A DNA stretch of 63,661 bases, filler included, from Octopus bimaculoides (lineage: Eukaryota): the NCBI RefSeq assembly GCF_001194135.2. It is 4 parts of 4 records of this genome, joined end to end, with 100 filler letters (N's around TTAATTAATTAA, not from the genome) between each part and the next. Parts side by side here need not be neighbours in the genome. Positions count along the whole stretch, not along the records: positions 1 to 27,976 come from NC_068998.1; 3 more parts are not named here. One strand, given 5' to 3'. The notes under the pieces are model-generated. The model was given only the letters and a program-made list of their open reading frames with translations, was not told where the DNA came from and made no database searches. The translations under genes were made by a program, and so were the position numbers. This document shows positions 1-12,850 of the stretch, in pieces; the stretch's first letter is position 1; every line of letters begins with the position of its first letter.

Positions 1-341
1 ATATATATATATATACACATACATATATATATATATACACATACATATATATATATATACACATACATATATATATATATATACATACATATATATATAT
101 ATATACATACATATATATATATATATACACATACATATATATATACACATACATACATATATACACATACATATAGATACATACACATACATATAGATAC
201 ACATACATACATATATATATACACATACATATAGATACACATACGTATATATACACATACATACATATATATATATACACACACATACATACATATATAC
301 ACATACATACATATGTACACATACATATATATATATACATA
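1..341. repeat. (TA)n/(TACA)n compound microsatellite
   Basis: Continuous alternating TA/CA/TACA units. Confidence 0.95.
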
Positions 342-1802
342 CTTCCAGAGCTTTCTCAGAACTGGGAGGCTTCCCAAAAAGTTAAAGGAAGACATAATAA
401 TGCTCTAAGCATAAGGGAGGTATAATTTCTAGGAATTATAGACCTGTCTCTTTAACTTCTTATGTGAGCGAAGTCATGGAGTGCATTGCCAGGAAGAAAC
501 TCCTTGTATTCCTTGAAGATAATGACTTGCTTCCTGACATCCAGTATAGCATTCACTCAGGAAGAAGCTGCCTCACACAGCCTTTGCAGCACCATGACTA
601 GGTGTTGAAACAATTAACGAATCACTCAAATGTGGATGTGATATATCTTTACTTTGCAAAGGCCTTTGATATGGTTGAACATGGGTGGATACGTCACAAA
701 CTATGGAGACTGAGCATAACTGAGAAAATTGGAGAGTGGTTGCATGACTTCTTAAAAAACAGAAGGCTGTTGCTGTTCATGGTAGTTCTTTCAGACATGC
801 CGTTAGTTACACAGACAGCCACACTCACTGGCTATGCCGATGACAAAAAAGTAGTACAAACAGTCAAGGAACCTGCTGGGGTTAATCTTCTACAGAAAGA
901 CCTGGATGCCATATATAAATGGGCTGAGGACAACAACATGCAATTTAATGCAAGCAAATTCCAAGCCCTCCGCTACCAGCTAATTGGTGCTCAGAAGTCA
1001 CAACAACAATATTCTGGACCAAAAGGAGCAGCAATTCTAGAATCACATACGGTGCATGATCTTGGGATTGATATGAGCAGCGATGCTTTGTTTCACATGC
1101 ATATCACCAAGATGGTAACAGTGTGCAGGTGAATGGCTAGATGGATTCTGAGAACCTTCAGAACAAGGGACCATGAAACTATGCTGATCCTATGGAGACA
1201 TTTGTGCTCAGACATCTGGACTACTGCTCTCAACTGTGGTCACCTTACAGCATAGGATTAATAGCAGAACTTGAGTGATGCTACACGAGGAAGATTGCAT
1301 CAATGGAACAGCTGAGCTACTGGGAGAAACTGAGAGAGTCATGACTCTACTCCCCGGAGTGAAGACAGGAGAGGTATGCAGTGATATATGTGTGCAAGAC
1401 ATTGGAGGGCCTGGCACCAAACTTTGGAATTGAGAGTTATACCAGACCTCGAAAAGGACATCACTGCACTTTTCCAAAAAGTCCCAGCTGTGTCATCTAA
1501 AGCAAGGACCATGTACTGTAATAGCCTGGGATTCAAGGGCCCACAGCTATTTAACTCCTTGCCAAAACACCTGAGGAATCTCCATGGAGTGGGAGATGTT
1601 TTCAAGTAACAGCTTGACTTCTTGCTATCCAAGTTCCCAGATGAACCAATATCAAGGCAGGAAACTCAAAAGAAGTCAGCCGTATTGAACCCCCTCCTTC
1701 ACCAAAAGCAATCACATAAAATCGGCCAATTAAAAGCTAATTACACTGGTGGTACCCCAGCATGGTCGCAGCCTCGGAGCTGAAACATAAAAGAATAAAA
1801 GT
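342..1802 (+). mobile_element. Decayed CR1/L2-group LINE (RT and 3' end)
   Basis: YRPVSLTS (~437-460), DVIYLYFAKAFD (canonical DVIYLDFAKAFD), YADD (~830-841), QLFNSLPKHLRN near the C-terminus. Frameshifted and internally deleted; ends in a (TAAAAGAA)-type tail. Confidence 0.85.
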
Positions 1803-1804
1803 AT

Positions 1805-1837
<33 letters not shown>

Positions 1838-2020
1838 AATTAGAAATAACGAATTTCTAAATCTCTCAGTGAGACTTAAGCAGTAGTGATGCGATAAAGT
1901 AGTTGTATACTGCCAACTTAACGTGACAGTCCCAATAAGGGAATATACTACTGCTGTTTAGCCCTAGGAAGCCAGACCGCTTCCTATTAAGCCTTGACAC
2001 ACTTTCTGTGCCCTTATCCT

Positions 2021-3080
2021 TCGAGAAAATTTTCCCTTCATTTAGTTAAGCAAATACTTCTTCTGGGTTTGGTAGTGGGTAACTGTGTGTGAGTAAACAG
2101 TTGTTTAACATGGTTGAGAAGTCTGTGCACACTCTTAGCTTATTTTTTTTTTATGTAGACCGCCAGTGCTGCCCAGTCTGTATAGTCAATCTTTGTAACT
2201 ATATTCAGGCTTTCCATCCAACCTTTCTGGTTCTTTATTGACCTGGTCTACCACTGCAAACAGCACATTCCTTTTGGGTTTGAAAATAGGTGTTCAATTT
2301 TCTTTGATAGCAATTCTTGCTTTTGCTTTTGTGCAACCTTCTGAAAAATCTTTTGGGAAAGTTTCTTTCATTTTTTTGTCTCAGTTCATTGACCTCGTTC
2401 AACTGTTCTGCTTATGTTACTGCACAAAATGCTTATGGGTGTATCCCATAAATTAAATTTCTCCATACATTTAGTGCCAAATAAATTCATGGATTTTTTC
2501 TACACATAAACATACGCATTTTTTTTAACATTATATTACAAATGCATTCACCTGTGAAATATAACTTTCTTCCTGTAATACCATATGCTATTTTGTTTGG
2601 ACTACAAAATTTTGGTTTACCAATTTGTTCCTATGTTTTCTCATTTATGATTGTGATGTCACTTCCTGTGTCTAATTGCATTCTAACACTAGTGGTTTCA
2701 ATTCTCACATTCACGAAAGTTCTGTTCTGTTTGTTGTAGTCACAACTTTTTCTGCTGATAAACTATTTATTTTTTCTCATTTGTTCCATTTTCCTATCAT
2801 TCTAGTTTTGCAGTGTGATTTTAAATGTCCTGTAAACCTACAGCAAAAACACTTTGCTTTTTAAATGGACAACCTTTTTTCAGGTGCATCCCACCAAATG
2901 CTACACATGGGTCTACATCCCAATATTTTTTCTGCTTTTCCTGCTACACTTTATTTGTCTTCTGACTTTTTTGCACTGGTCTTATGTGAAAACACTCCTT
3001 CCATTGAATTTCTTTTATGTCATGCCTTAATTTTACTATCATGTCACACTCTTCTGACAATTTCTGCATTGTAATGTGAA
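2021..3080 (-). mobile_element. Ty3/Gypsy LTR-retrotransposon remnant (Gag zinc knuckle, protease, start of RT)
   Basis: My minus-strand translation gives a CCHC knuckle CFCCRFTGHLKSHC (~2810-2851), the aspartic protease motif MQLDTGSDITII (LDTGS at 2661-2675), and RT N-terminal KLRVCTDFS...YPLPNPEEVF (~2050-2140). Stops and frameshifts present; no LTRs recognised. Confidence 0.85.
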
Positions 3081-3778
3081 TAACATGAACACAGGTCAGA
3101 CTGAAACAAACATGTCAAGGATGCGAGAGAAGTTTATTCCAAAATATTTCACCACCCACAAGGGACCTGCTGTGGTCACTCAACCTGCTACAAATAGCAG
3201 CCAACCATCTTAAACACACACACACACATACACAGAGTCAATATAGTGCAAAATACACAAGAAGACAGGATGATCATGGCTAAAATGCTTTTAATCATAG
3301 CGAGTTCTGCTTAAATAGAGCTGAAGCGGTCAAGAACAACTGGTTAGCAATATCACAAGTGACAGTACAAAAATATCTTAGTTTTATGACTGACAAGTGG
3401 GAATAAAGATTTTAAAATACAAGAATGTTAATTTGACAAATTTGTCAAATTCAGAATATCATAAGAAAACAAACACGTCAAAACACATATTATACTAGTA
3501 AAAAGTTGAGTTTGTTTCCCAGTATATCTTGTTTGAGTGAAGCTGAATTAAAGAAAGTCATTATTATATTCATTTTCTTTACATGTTATAAACGTTCAAA
3601 ACATTAATTGTAGTCTTCACTGTCCTAACTTTAATATTTAAACAGAATTAACACATATTTTAACTAAGAGATCATATGGTCTTTTCATGCATTTTTACAA
3701 TGTCTAATTTTGTTATTTAAAATAAGATATCCCACATGAACTTATTCCTTAAAATTAACTATTAGGTCTTCTCTTGTG

Positions 3779-3900
3779 GAGGCATGTGGCCTAGTGGTTA
3801 GGGTGTTGCACTCACGATTGCCAGATCATGTGTTCAATTCCTAGACCAAGCAATGTTGTGTCCTTGAGCAGAACACTTCATTTCATGTTGCTATTGTGCT
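3779..3900 (+). mobile_element. tRNA-derived SINE, 5' part
   Basis: A box TGGCCTAGTGG and B box GTTCAATTCC, then TGTCCTTGAGCA body. A reverse-oriented relative lies at ~19370-19690. Confidence 0.7.
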
Positions 3901-4739
3901 CCATGGGGACTGGTATGCAAAAGGATAGACCCAACTTTTTCTCTGCATGTCATATAAGGCAACTAAAAGAGGTTGGGGTAGGATTTGCACCCCAACCTTG
4001 TAAGACCCTCACCAGCAACGACTACCCAAACAGACCCATGGGTTAGAGGGTTGTCGCCTGAGTGGTGCAAGAGTGTCATTTGTCAAGAGTAGGGAATCAC
4101 TAACAAATGACATGTAGTAATGCACTGTGATAGTGCATGCTTCTATACTGCAGTTGCCACTGCTGCTATTCTATTGTAAGTGCAACTATTAAGAATTGCA
4201 GTGCATTTCCCCTAAATTCAACAATTCTGTAGTTTTCTTCATGCTGCATCCCTCTTTTTCTACGATTAAAATGACAGCAATAAAAATAGCATTGCTATTT
4301 TTATTGTTGTCAAGAAACAATTTCAATTCTAAGAGCTTTTTCAAAAAGAATATTTCATAGACATTGCCAAGAGAAATGTTGAAAATATTAACATGTATTA
4401 CAAATAATTTAAAATGTTAAGTCATTATCTAAACTGTAACTAATTGGGTCAGTCATCACATAAAAATGATTAAACTTCAATATGTTCTAATATGTCTGTA
4501 GGGCCAACATGAGATTGAACAGTAGAGGAAATGCAAAATTATCAAATTACTACCCTGCATTCTACACAAAAAAAAATTGCATGCCAAAATGTGCAGTGTG
4601 CTACTCAAAACAAAGGCATGGAATATCTGGAGTGCTAGATCTGGAGAAAGCACCTAGACATTTGCCCTTTGTAGGTCCATGCAAGTTGAGTTGATATGAG
4701 ACAGAGTGAGTACAAAATATGCATTCATTTTGTTTATAT

Positions 4740-4980
4740 GCATCATCATCATCATCATCAAATGTACATTTTCCATGCTGGAGTGGGTTGGATGGTTTGG
4801 TCAGAGCTGGTAAGCCAGGGGCCACACCAGGCTCCATTGTCTGTTCTGGAATAGTTTCTATGATTGGATGCCCTTCCTAGTATCTACCACTCCACAGTGT
4901 ACTTGGTACTTTTAACATGGCACCAGTACAAGTGTTTTTTATCTGGCACCAGCACTGGTATCAATTCTGCTGTGGCAGAC
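4740..4980 (-). mobile_element. RTE-type 3' end fragment
   Basis: (CAT)n followed by TTCCATGCTGGAGTGGGTTGGATGG, a reverse-complement match to the RTE tail at 8860-8935. Confidence 0.65.
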
Positions 4981-5769
4981 AGTAACTATTTAGTCAGATA
5001 TTTACAAGTCCTACTGTAAATTTCAAGCTGACTTGCAGAGTGCAAAAAAAAAAAAAAAAAAAACCACCAAAAAAGAGAAAATTTAGGTTTTAAACTTCAA
5101 TTATACATTATCAACACAATCCAAGTATAAAATATACTGCCCTCACATCATTGTCCAATATTATGAAAGATTTAACATGTTTCCCACATTAACAGTCAAA
5201 CTGTGTTTCTAATTATAATACTTAATGTTTCTTATTACATTAAAAAGTCAATACACACACATTAACAGCGATCTCACTATCAAGTATAACCACCATTTGC
5301 TCTCTTTTTCTTTTCAAAAATGTAGCAGTGCTTTCCTGTCATGGATTCTCATGATAACAAAAGCTTATACCAATGTAACAAAAACTAAGGCAGTATTTCC
5401 CAGACACTTATGGTACATTTATGCAACCAGAGAAGCTTAATTAACTGATACGACACATTCTGTGTGCCCTTATGAAAAAGGAAACTATGTTAAGTGTGTG
5501 ACCACTGCAACAAAAGGCCTTTTGATTTGCATGCACTTGCATGCATGCATTCATGTATACACATAAAGACACAAAATTTACTCACCCATCAAATTTCCTA
5601 GTGACAAATATTAGTGCAACATGAGTGCCATTCTTTAAACTTTTGAAACTGTTAAACTTGCAACAAGCAAGAAAATAAGTCTAGAGACCAGAAAAATGCT
5701 ATAAAGGTCATATCAGAGCATTCTTTTATTTTGTATTATGTATTTACATATGTAAATACAAATGTATAT

Positions 5770-5772
<3 letters not shown>

Positions 5773-5853
<81 letters not shown>
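5773..5853. repeat. (GT)n microsatellite
   Basis: Long perfect GT run. Confidence 0.95.
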
Positions 5854-5858
<5 letters not shown>

Positions 5859-6269
5859 CACATATTTAAAGACTGTTACTATAAGTAAAGCCATATCCTG
5901 GAAAGGGACGCTAAAGTCAAACTACTTTATCAAATATACACACGTGCTGAAGTTGAAATAAAATCATTTCGATATGGAACCGAACTTTTTTTTTAAAAGA
6001 ATTTTTTCTTTGTTCATTTCCTCAACTTCAGAGCATGTCTATATTTTGATAAAGTAGTTTGACTTCAGCATCCCTTTCTAGCATATGGCTTTACTTACAG
6101 TAACAGCCCTTAATGTAATAATGTATTTAAAAAAATTATATACTTCATATTAATTTTTTAACTTAATTGGTTTTACATGCTGGCTACTTGAAAATATCTT
6201 GTATAGATTTTATCCTTATATTTAATTTACACACACACACTATTGTATGGCTGTTTGAAATTTTGTTTT

Positions 6270-8935
6270 TCATCAGGTGGTGTCCAAAAGTCACCCACCT
6301 CTCCAAGCAGACTTTGATGAGGTATCAATTTAGTCACTGAAAGTCTGACCAAGCAGATGTTGCAACACATAATAGCTTACAAGAAAACCCATAGCAAGCA
6401 TGAGGCAGATTTATTACCTATATGTTTGCATACCAGAAACAAATTGTCTTTCTAAAAATGCACAGATGCCAGAAGGGAAGCTGAGAGACAGGTTTATTTA
6501 GCCAGAGGGGAAACAGATAAGAAAAAAATTGTCAATATTCTGCGCCGTGGGGACCAAAGACTTGAGGTATTTCGTGTTGCAAGACAGTGTGTGAGAGAGA
6601 ATCGTGATGTCGTAGGAGAGAAATGTGTCCACATGGATGATGGTTCATTTGCACCAAACAAGGCTGCAAAGAGAGAGGTTTGTAGACGCCACAATGAAAA
6701 GTTGCTCAATAAAGAAAATGAAAGGGAGAAAGAGAGTCTGCTGAATGTCGACCCAACAGAGGGACCAGCTATCCGAGTTGACAGTACCTTGGTAGATAAA
6801 GCAATTAAGAGTATGAAGACAGGGAGAGCCCCTGGCCCATCAGGAATCATTGCAGAGATGCTCAAAATATCTGGCAGTGTCGGCTGTAGCCTAGTCACCT
6901 GTATAGTTAACCAGGTGATACATAAAGGAGTCATACCCAATGACTGGTGTAGCAGCACCATAGTCAACTGCTACAAAGGTAAAGGTGATGCTTTAGATAC
7001 AAATAATTACAGAGGCATCAAGTTGTTGGATCAGGTACTGTAGGTCACGGAGAGGGTCATAGCCCAACTAATTAGGGAGAGAGTCAGTTTAGATGAGATG
7101 CAGTTTGGGTTCGTGCCAGGCAAAAGCACCACTGATGTTATATTTCTGGTAAGACAGCTGCAGGAGAAATACCTAGCCAAAGATAAACCTCTGTACCTGA
7201 CTTTTGTTGACATGGAGAAAGCCTTTGACAGGGTCCCCCGATCTGTATCTGGTGGTCAATGAGGAAACTAGGGATATATGAATGGTTAGTGAGAGCTGTG
7301 CAAGCCATGTACATGGACGCTGTCAGTAAGGTGAGGGTTGGCAACGAGTACAGTGAAGAATTCCGGGTAGAGGTAGGGGTCCACCAAGGTTCAGTCCTCA
7401 GCCTCCTCCTATTTATCATAGTCCTCCAAGCAATAACAGAGGAATTCAAGACAGGATGCCCCTGGGAGCTCCTCTATGCTGACAACCTTGCTCTAATTGC
7501 TGAGTCACTATCAGAACTAGAGCAGAAGTTTCAGGTGTGGAAACGAGGATTAGACTTGAAGGGCCTTAGAGTCAACCTAGCTAAAACCAAAGTCCTAATA
7601 AGTAGGAAGGCAGACAAATCACAAATCCCTTCATGTAGATGGCGCTGCTCGATCTGTAGAAAAGGCGTAAAGATGTACTCAGTGAAAGCTATGGACACAT
7701 AAGATGTGCAGCAATATCAAAGGAAGGTTAACTGGGAAGATAATTTCTGTATGTGGCAGATGCTCAGGAGTAATAAACACTCAAAATGTGCAGAGAACAA
7801 CTTTGGCCACATTCCAGGGAGAAAAACTACAAGTAGTTGATAGCTTCTGTTACCTAGGTGACCAAGCCAGTAGCGAGGGAGAGTGCGCTGAAAGTGTAGC
7901 TGCTAGAATAAGAATAGCCTGGGCACAGTTAAGAGAGCTCTTACCTCTGCTGGTGACAAAGGGCTCTCGCTCAGAGTAAAAGGTAGACTGTATGACGCAT
8001 GTGTACGAACAGCCATGCTACATGGCAGTGAAACATGGGCCGTGACTGCTGAGGACATGCGTAAGCTCGCAAGGAATGAAGCCTGTATGCTCCGATGGAT
8101 GTGTAATGTCAGTGTGCATACTCGACAGACTTTAAATAACTTGAGAGAAAAGTTGGAACTAAGAAGCATCAGATGTGGTGTGCAAGAGAGACGACTGCAC
8201 TGGTATGGTCATGTGGTGAGAATAGATGAGGATAGCTGTGTGAAAAAGTGCCACATCCTAGCGGTTGAATGAACCTGTGGAAGAGGTAGACCCAGGAAGC
8301 ATGACCTTCGAACATTAGGCCTCACTGAGGCAATGACTAGTGACTGAGACCTTTGGAAATATGCAGTACGTGAGAAGACCCGGCAAGCCAAGTGAGACCA
8401 TAATCCGTGGCCTATGCCAGGAGTGTAACCAGCCCACTTATGCATACCTTTCCTTCATTGGACACTAAACGCTGCTTGCAAAGACCTGTTGAGTGAAATT
8501 GAAATCAAATCAAATTCGCAAATTTAATGACTGGCACCCGTGCCAGTGGAGCGCTAACTGGCTTCCGTGCCAGTGGCACGTAAAAAGCACCATTTGAATG
8601 TGATCGTTACCAGCGTCGCCTTACTGGCACATGAAAAAATATTCGAGCGAGGTCACTGCCAGCGCTGCTGGACTGACTCCTGTACAGGTGGTACATAAAA
8701 AACACCACTTGAACGTGGTCGTTGCCAGTACTACCTGACTGGCCCTCATGCCAGTGGCACGTAAAAGCACCCACTACAATCTCAGAGTGGTTGACGTTAA
8801 GAAGGGCATCCAGCTGTAGAAACTCTGCCAGATCAGATTGGAGCCTGGTGCAGCCATCTGGTTCGTCAGTCCTCAGTCAAATCGTCCAACCCATGCTAGC
8901 ATGGAAAGCAGACGTTAAACGATGATGACGATGAC
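6270..8935 (+). mobile_element. 5'-truncated RTE-clade LINE with disrupted RT and complete 3' UTR
   Basis: ORF pieces contain GRAPGPSG, NYRGIKLL, QFGFVPGKST, FVDMEKAFDRVP, GVHQGSVLS, LLYADNL, RRLHWYGHV. Stops and frameshifts present; tail GGAAAGCAGACGTTAAAC(GAT)n. Confidence 0.92.
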
Positions 8936-9689
8936 AGCTGTGTGGTTTAGAAGATTGCTTTGCAGCCATGTAGTTTCAGAATTTAAAACTACTGTGTAGT
9001 ATCTTGGACAAATGTCTTCAAGCATAGCCTTGAAATGATCAATGCTTTGTGAGTCAAATTTAGTAGAAAGAAACTTGTGTACAATATATTTCTTAATATT
9101 GATATATACATTAATACATTGATGTATAGCAGTGAGATAACTGATGAATCACTTTTTCTGAGCAAAAATCCCAATGTTATTTATAAATACCCATTGTATT
9201 TATTCTAATCAAGTCGTACAGATGCACTTGCCATTTTCCCAAGTTACACAGATATTCCCACATAATTTTCACTTGCAGAAATACAGTAAGCAAGTGATTA
9301 AAAAAGCTAATTACAATGTTGTATTCACAAAATGCATAATATAAAAATACATTGCAATTAAGCAAGTCTATTAAATAATATTATCATTTACAATCTGAGT
9401 AGCTTGAAAATTGGCACAATTGACAAGTTATCTGTTCCTCTTTATAAACTATCAGTAGTACTTTAATAAATTAAAATGAACTTTGACTTGTCATATGTGT
9501 GTATGATGCAATCAACTGAACAAAAATACACAAATTAATGATTTCAATAGATTCAAACAAAATCAATTGAGATGTAATCTACAGTAAATATTACGCCTAT
9601 AAAGGAGATTAAGTGGATTCTTGAGTTATTTTCAGGAAATCTCTTACAATGAATAATAATAAAGAAATTACAGGTGCAGGCATGGGAAT

Positions 9690-10030
9690 AAGTAGAGGTG
9701 GGACTGGCTGTGAGGTTGAGAAGCTTGCTTCCCAATTATGTGGTTTTGGGCTCAGTCCCACTTAGGCAAGTGCTTTCTGCAATAGCCCATGCTAACCAAA
9801 GTCTTGTGAATGGATCTGGAAAACAGAAATTGAAAGAAGATCATTGTCTGTATTTATATATGTGTGTGTGTGTGTGTATCTTTGTCTTGACATCACACAA
9901 TGGTTGTTAAGAGCATCACCAACACACAATTAATGTTGTTCATTTTCAGTCTTCTGTGAAAAAACGTGTTTAGCCACGAGGAAATTTTACTTTGTTTGGA
10001 AACAGGTAAGGGTTGGCAAAGGGAAGAGTA
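9690..10030 (+). mobile_element. tRNA-derived SINE (head shared with 40352 family, different 3' part)
   Basis: Head TGGCTGTGAGGTTGAGAAGCTTGCTTCCC...TCAGTCCCAC, body with GAAATTGAAAGAAG and internal (TG)n; diverges from the 40352 copy after the microsatellite. Confidence 0.65.
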
Positions 10031-10126
10031 TGTGTGTGTGTGTGTGTGTATAAAGATATAGATAGATATACGAGTGCATCTTCTCCTTGACTATGGTCTC
10101 TTAAACGACTCACATATGTATGTATA

Positions 10127-11442
10127 GATCATCATCATCATCATCGTTTAATGTCTGCCTTCCATGCTAGCATGGGTTGGACGATTTGACTGAGGACTGG
10201 CGAACCACATGGCTACACCAGGCTCCAATCTGATTTGGCAGAGTTTCTACAGCTGGATGCCCTTCTTAACGCCAACCTCTCCGAAAGTATAGCGGGGTTT
10301 TTTTACGTGCCACCGGCAAGAAGGCCAGTTGGGCGGTACTGGCAACGGTCATGCTCAAAATGGTGTATTTTATGTGCCACCTGCACAGGAGCCAGTCCAG
10401 TGGCACTGGCAACGACCTCACTCGAATGTTTTTTCACATGCCACCGGCACAAGTGTCAGGAAGGCGACGCTGGTAACGATCACGCTCGGATGGTGCTCTT
10501 AGNNNNNNNNNNNNNNNNNNNNNNNNNNNNNNNNNNNNNNNNNNNNNNNNNNNNNNNNNNNNNNNNNNNNNNNNNNNNNNNNNNNNNNNNNNNNNNNNNN
10601 NNNNNNNNNNNGTCTTCGCAAGTGGAGTTTAGTGTCCAATGAAGGAAAGGTACGCATAAGTGGGCTGGCTACACTCCTGGCAGAGGCCTTGGATTATGGT
10701 CTCACTTGGCTTGCCGGGCCTTCTCACGCACAGCATATTTCCAAAGGTCTCGGTCACAAGTCATTGCCTTGGTGAGGCCTAATGTTTGAAGATCTTGCTT
10801 CACCACCTCATCCCAGATCTTCCTGGGTCTACCTCTTCCACAGGTTCCCTCAACTGCTAGGGTGTGGCACTTTTTCACACAGCTATCCTCATCCATTCTC
10901 GCCACATGACCATACCAGTGCAATCGTCTCTCTTGCACACCACAACTGATGCTTCTTAGGTTCAACTTTTCTCTCAAGGTACTTACACTCTGTCGAGTAT
11001 GCACACTGACATTACTCATCCATCGGAGCATACTGGCTTCATTCCTTGCGAGCTTACGCATGTCCTCAGCAGTCACGGCCCAGGTTTCATGTGGCATGGC
11101 TGTTCATACACATGCATCATTCAGTCTGCCTTTTATTCTGAATGAGAAGCCCTTTGTCACCAGCAGAGGTAAGAGCTCTCTGAACTTTCCCCAGGCTATT
11201 CTTATTCTAGCAGCTACACTTTCAGCGCACTCTCCCCCACTACTAACTTGGTCACCTAGATAGCAGAAGCTATCAACTAAGTCTAGTTTTTCTCCTTGGA
11301 ATGTGGCCAAAGTTGTTTTCTGCACATTTTCAGTGTTTATTGCTCTTGAACATCTGCCACAAACAAAAACTAACTTCCTAGTTAACCTTCCTTTGATATT
11401 CCTACACCTCTTATGTGTCCATAGCTTACACTGGGTACATCT
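10127..11442 (-). mobile_element. RTE-clade LINE, 3' portion, same family as 6270-8935
   Basis: ORF 10702-11097 (ETWAVTAEDMRKLARNEASMLRW...RRLHWYGHV) closely matches ORF 8015-8272; (CAT)n tail at 10127; interrupted by N gaps. Confidence 0.92.
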
Positions 11443-12379
11443 NNNNNNNNNNNNNNNNNNNNNNNNNNNNNNNNNNNNNNNNNNNNNNNNNNNNNNNNNN
11501 NNNNNNNNNNNNNNNNNNNNNNNNNNNNNNNNNNNNNNNNNNNNNNNNNNNNNNNNNNNNNNNNNNNNNNNNNNNNNNNNNNNNNNNNNNNNNNNNNNNN
11601 NNNNNNNNNNNNNNNNNNNNNNNNNNNNNNNNNNNNNNNNNNNNNNNNNNNNNNNNNNNNNNNNNNNNNNNNNNNNNNNNNNNNNNNNNNNNNNNNNNNN
11701 NNNNNNNNNNNNNNNNNNNNNNNNNNNNNNNNNNNNNNNNNNNNNNNNNNNNNNNNNNNNNNNNNNNNNNNNNNNNNNNNNNNNNNNNNNNNNNNNNNNN
11801 NNNNNNNNNNNNNNNNNNNNNNNNNNNNNNNNNNNNNNNNNNNNNNNNNNNNNNNNNNNNNNNNNNNNNNNNNNNNNNNNNNNNNNNNNNNNNNNNNNNN
11901 NNNNNNNNNNNNNNNNNNNNNNNNNNNNNNNNNNNNNNNNNNNNNNNNNNNNNNNNNNNNNNNNNNNNNNNNNNNNNNNNNNNNNNNNNNNNNNNNNNNN
12001 NNNNNNNNNNNNNNNNNNNNNNNNNNNNNNNNNNNNNNNNNNNNNNNNNNNNNNNNNNNNNNNNNNNNNNNNNNNNNNNNNNNNNNNNNNNNNNNNNNNN
12101 NNNNNNNNNNNNNNNNNNNNNNNNNNNNNNNNNNNNNNNNNNNNNNNNNNNNNNNNNNNNNNNNNNNNNNNNNNNNNNNNNNNNNNNNNNNNNNNNNNNN
12201 NNNNNNNNNNNNNNNNNNNNNNNNNNNNNNNNNNNNNNNNNNNNNNNNNNNNNNNNNNNNNNNNNNNNNNNNNNNNNNNNNNNNNNNNNNNNNNNNNNNN
12301 NNNNNNNNNNNNNNNNNNNNNNNNNNNNNNNNNNNNNNNNNNNNNNNNNNNNNNNNNNNNNNNNNNNNNNNNNNNNNNN

Positions 12380-12442
<63 letters not shown>

Positions 12443-12444
12443 AG

Positions 12445-12475
<31 letters not shown>

Positions 12476-12714
12476 TTATATGTATATGCTTGTTTTCTGA
12501 ACCTTAAGTATAAGACCTATTCTTTTAAAAAGCTACTAAGATGGTGTTTTGCAGGGAATCCAAAGTGTGAGGCTGGAGTAGTCATTAGCTTTCTGTAATT
12601 CAAAGGTTAGTTCTGAACCAAGATTGTGGAGAGCTGAAGCCTTTACTTGATAGACAGCTTCGTCTCAAGATAAAAATTTATAAGGACTTGTACCACTGTT
12701 TTCACTCAAATGAC

Positions 12715-12850
12715 AAACGTTATTAAATTATGTAGGAGCTGGCATGCAACCTGGTGCCATCGCGCGAGAATTGAGAATAGCATCTCCGTGCATTACTGGT
12801 ATAAAAGATTTGCTAATTTGGGCTACTTGCTGAGAACACCCAACTGAAGT
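12715..12850 (+). mobile_element. Possible decayed Tc1/IS630-like transposase HTH fragment
   Basis: GMQPGAIARELRI, then after a frameshift ISVHYWYKRF, resembling the G-x-S-x3-IAR-x-L...TV-x-RW-x-KRF N-terminal HTH. Short and unsupported by other motifs. Confidence 0.3.

Noticed and set aside
3779-3860. tRNA gene (also other tRNA-like heads)
   Set aside because: A and B boxes are present but no full cloverleaf; each continues into a repeated SINE body.
4560-4700. KCAVCYSK cysteine cluster resembling a piggyBac C-terminal domain
   Set aside because: Too short and frameshifted; no DDD core or TTAA-flanked termini found.
9177-9275. Candidate second exon for the minus-strand gene (VKIMWEYLCNLGKWQ...)
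   Set aside because: Weak donor (GTATTT), no recognisable protein similarity, AT-rich composition like the surrounding non-coding DNA.
11104-12598. Very long ORFs (330-440 aa) here and at 35083-35974, 37182-38028, 39177-39830, 55056-55876, 60051-60840
   Set aside because: They are open only because they run through N gaps and microsatellites.
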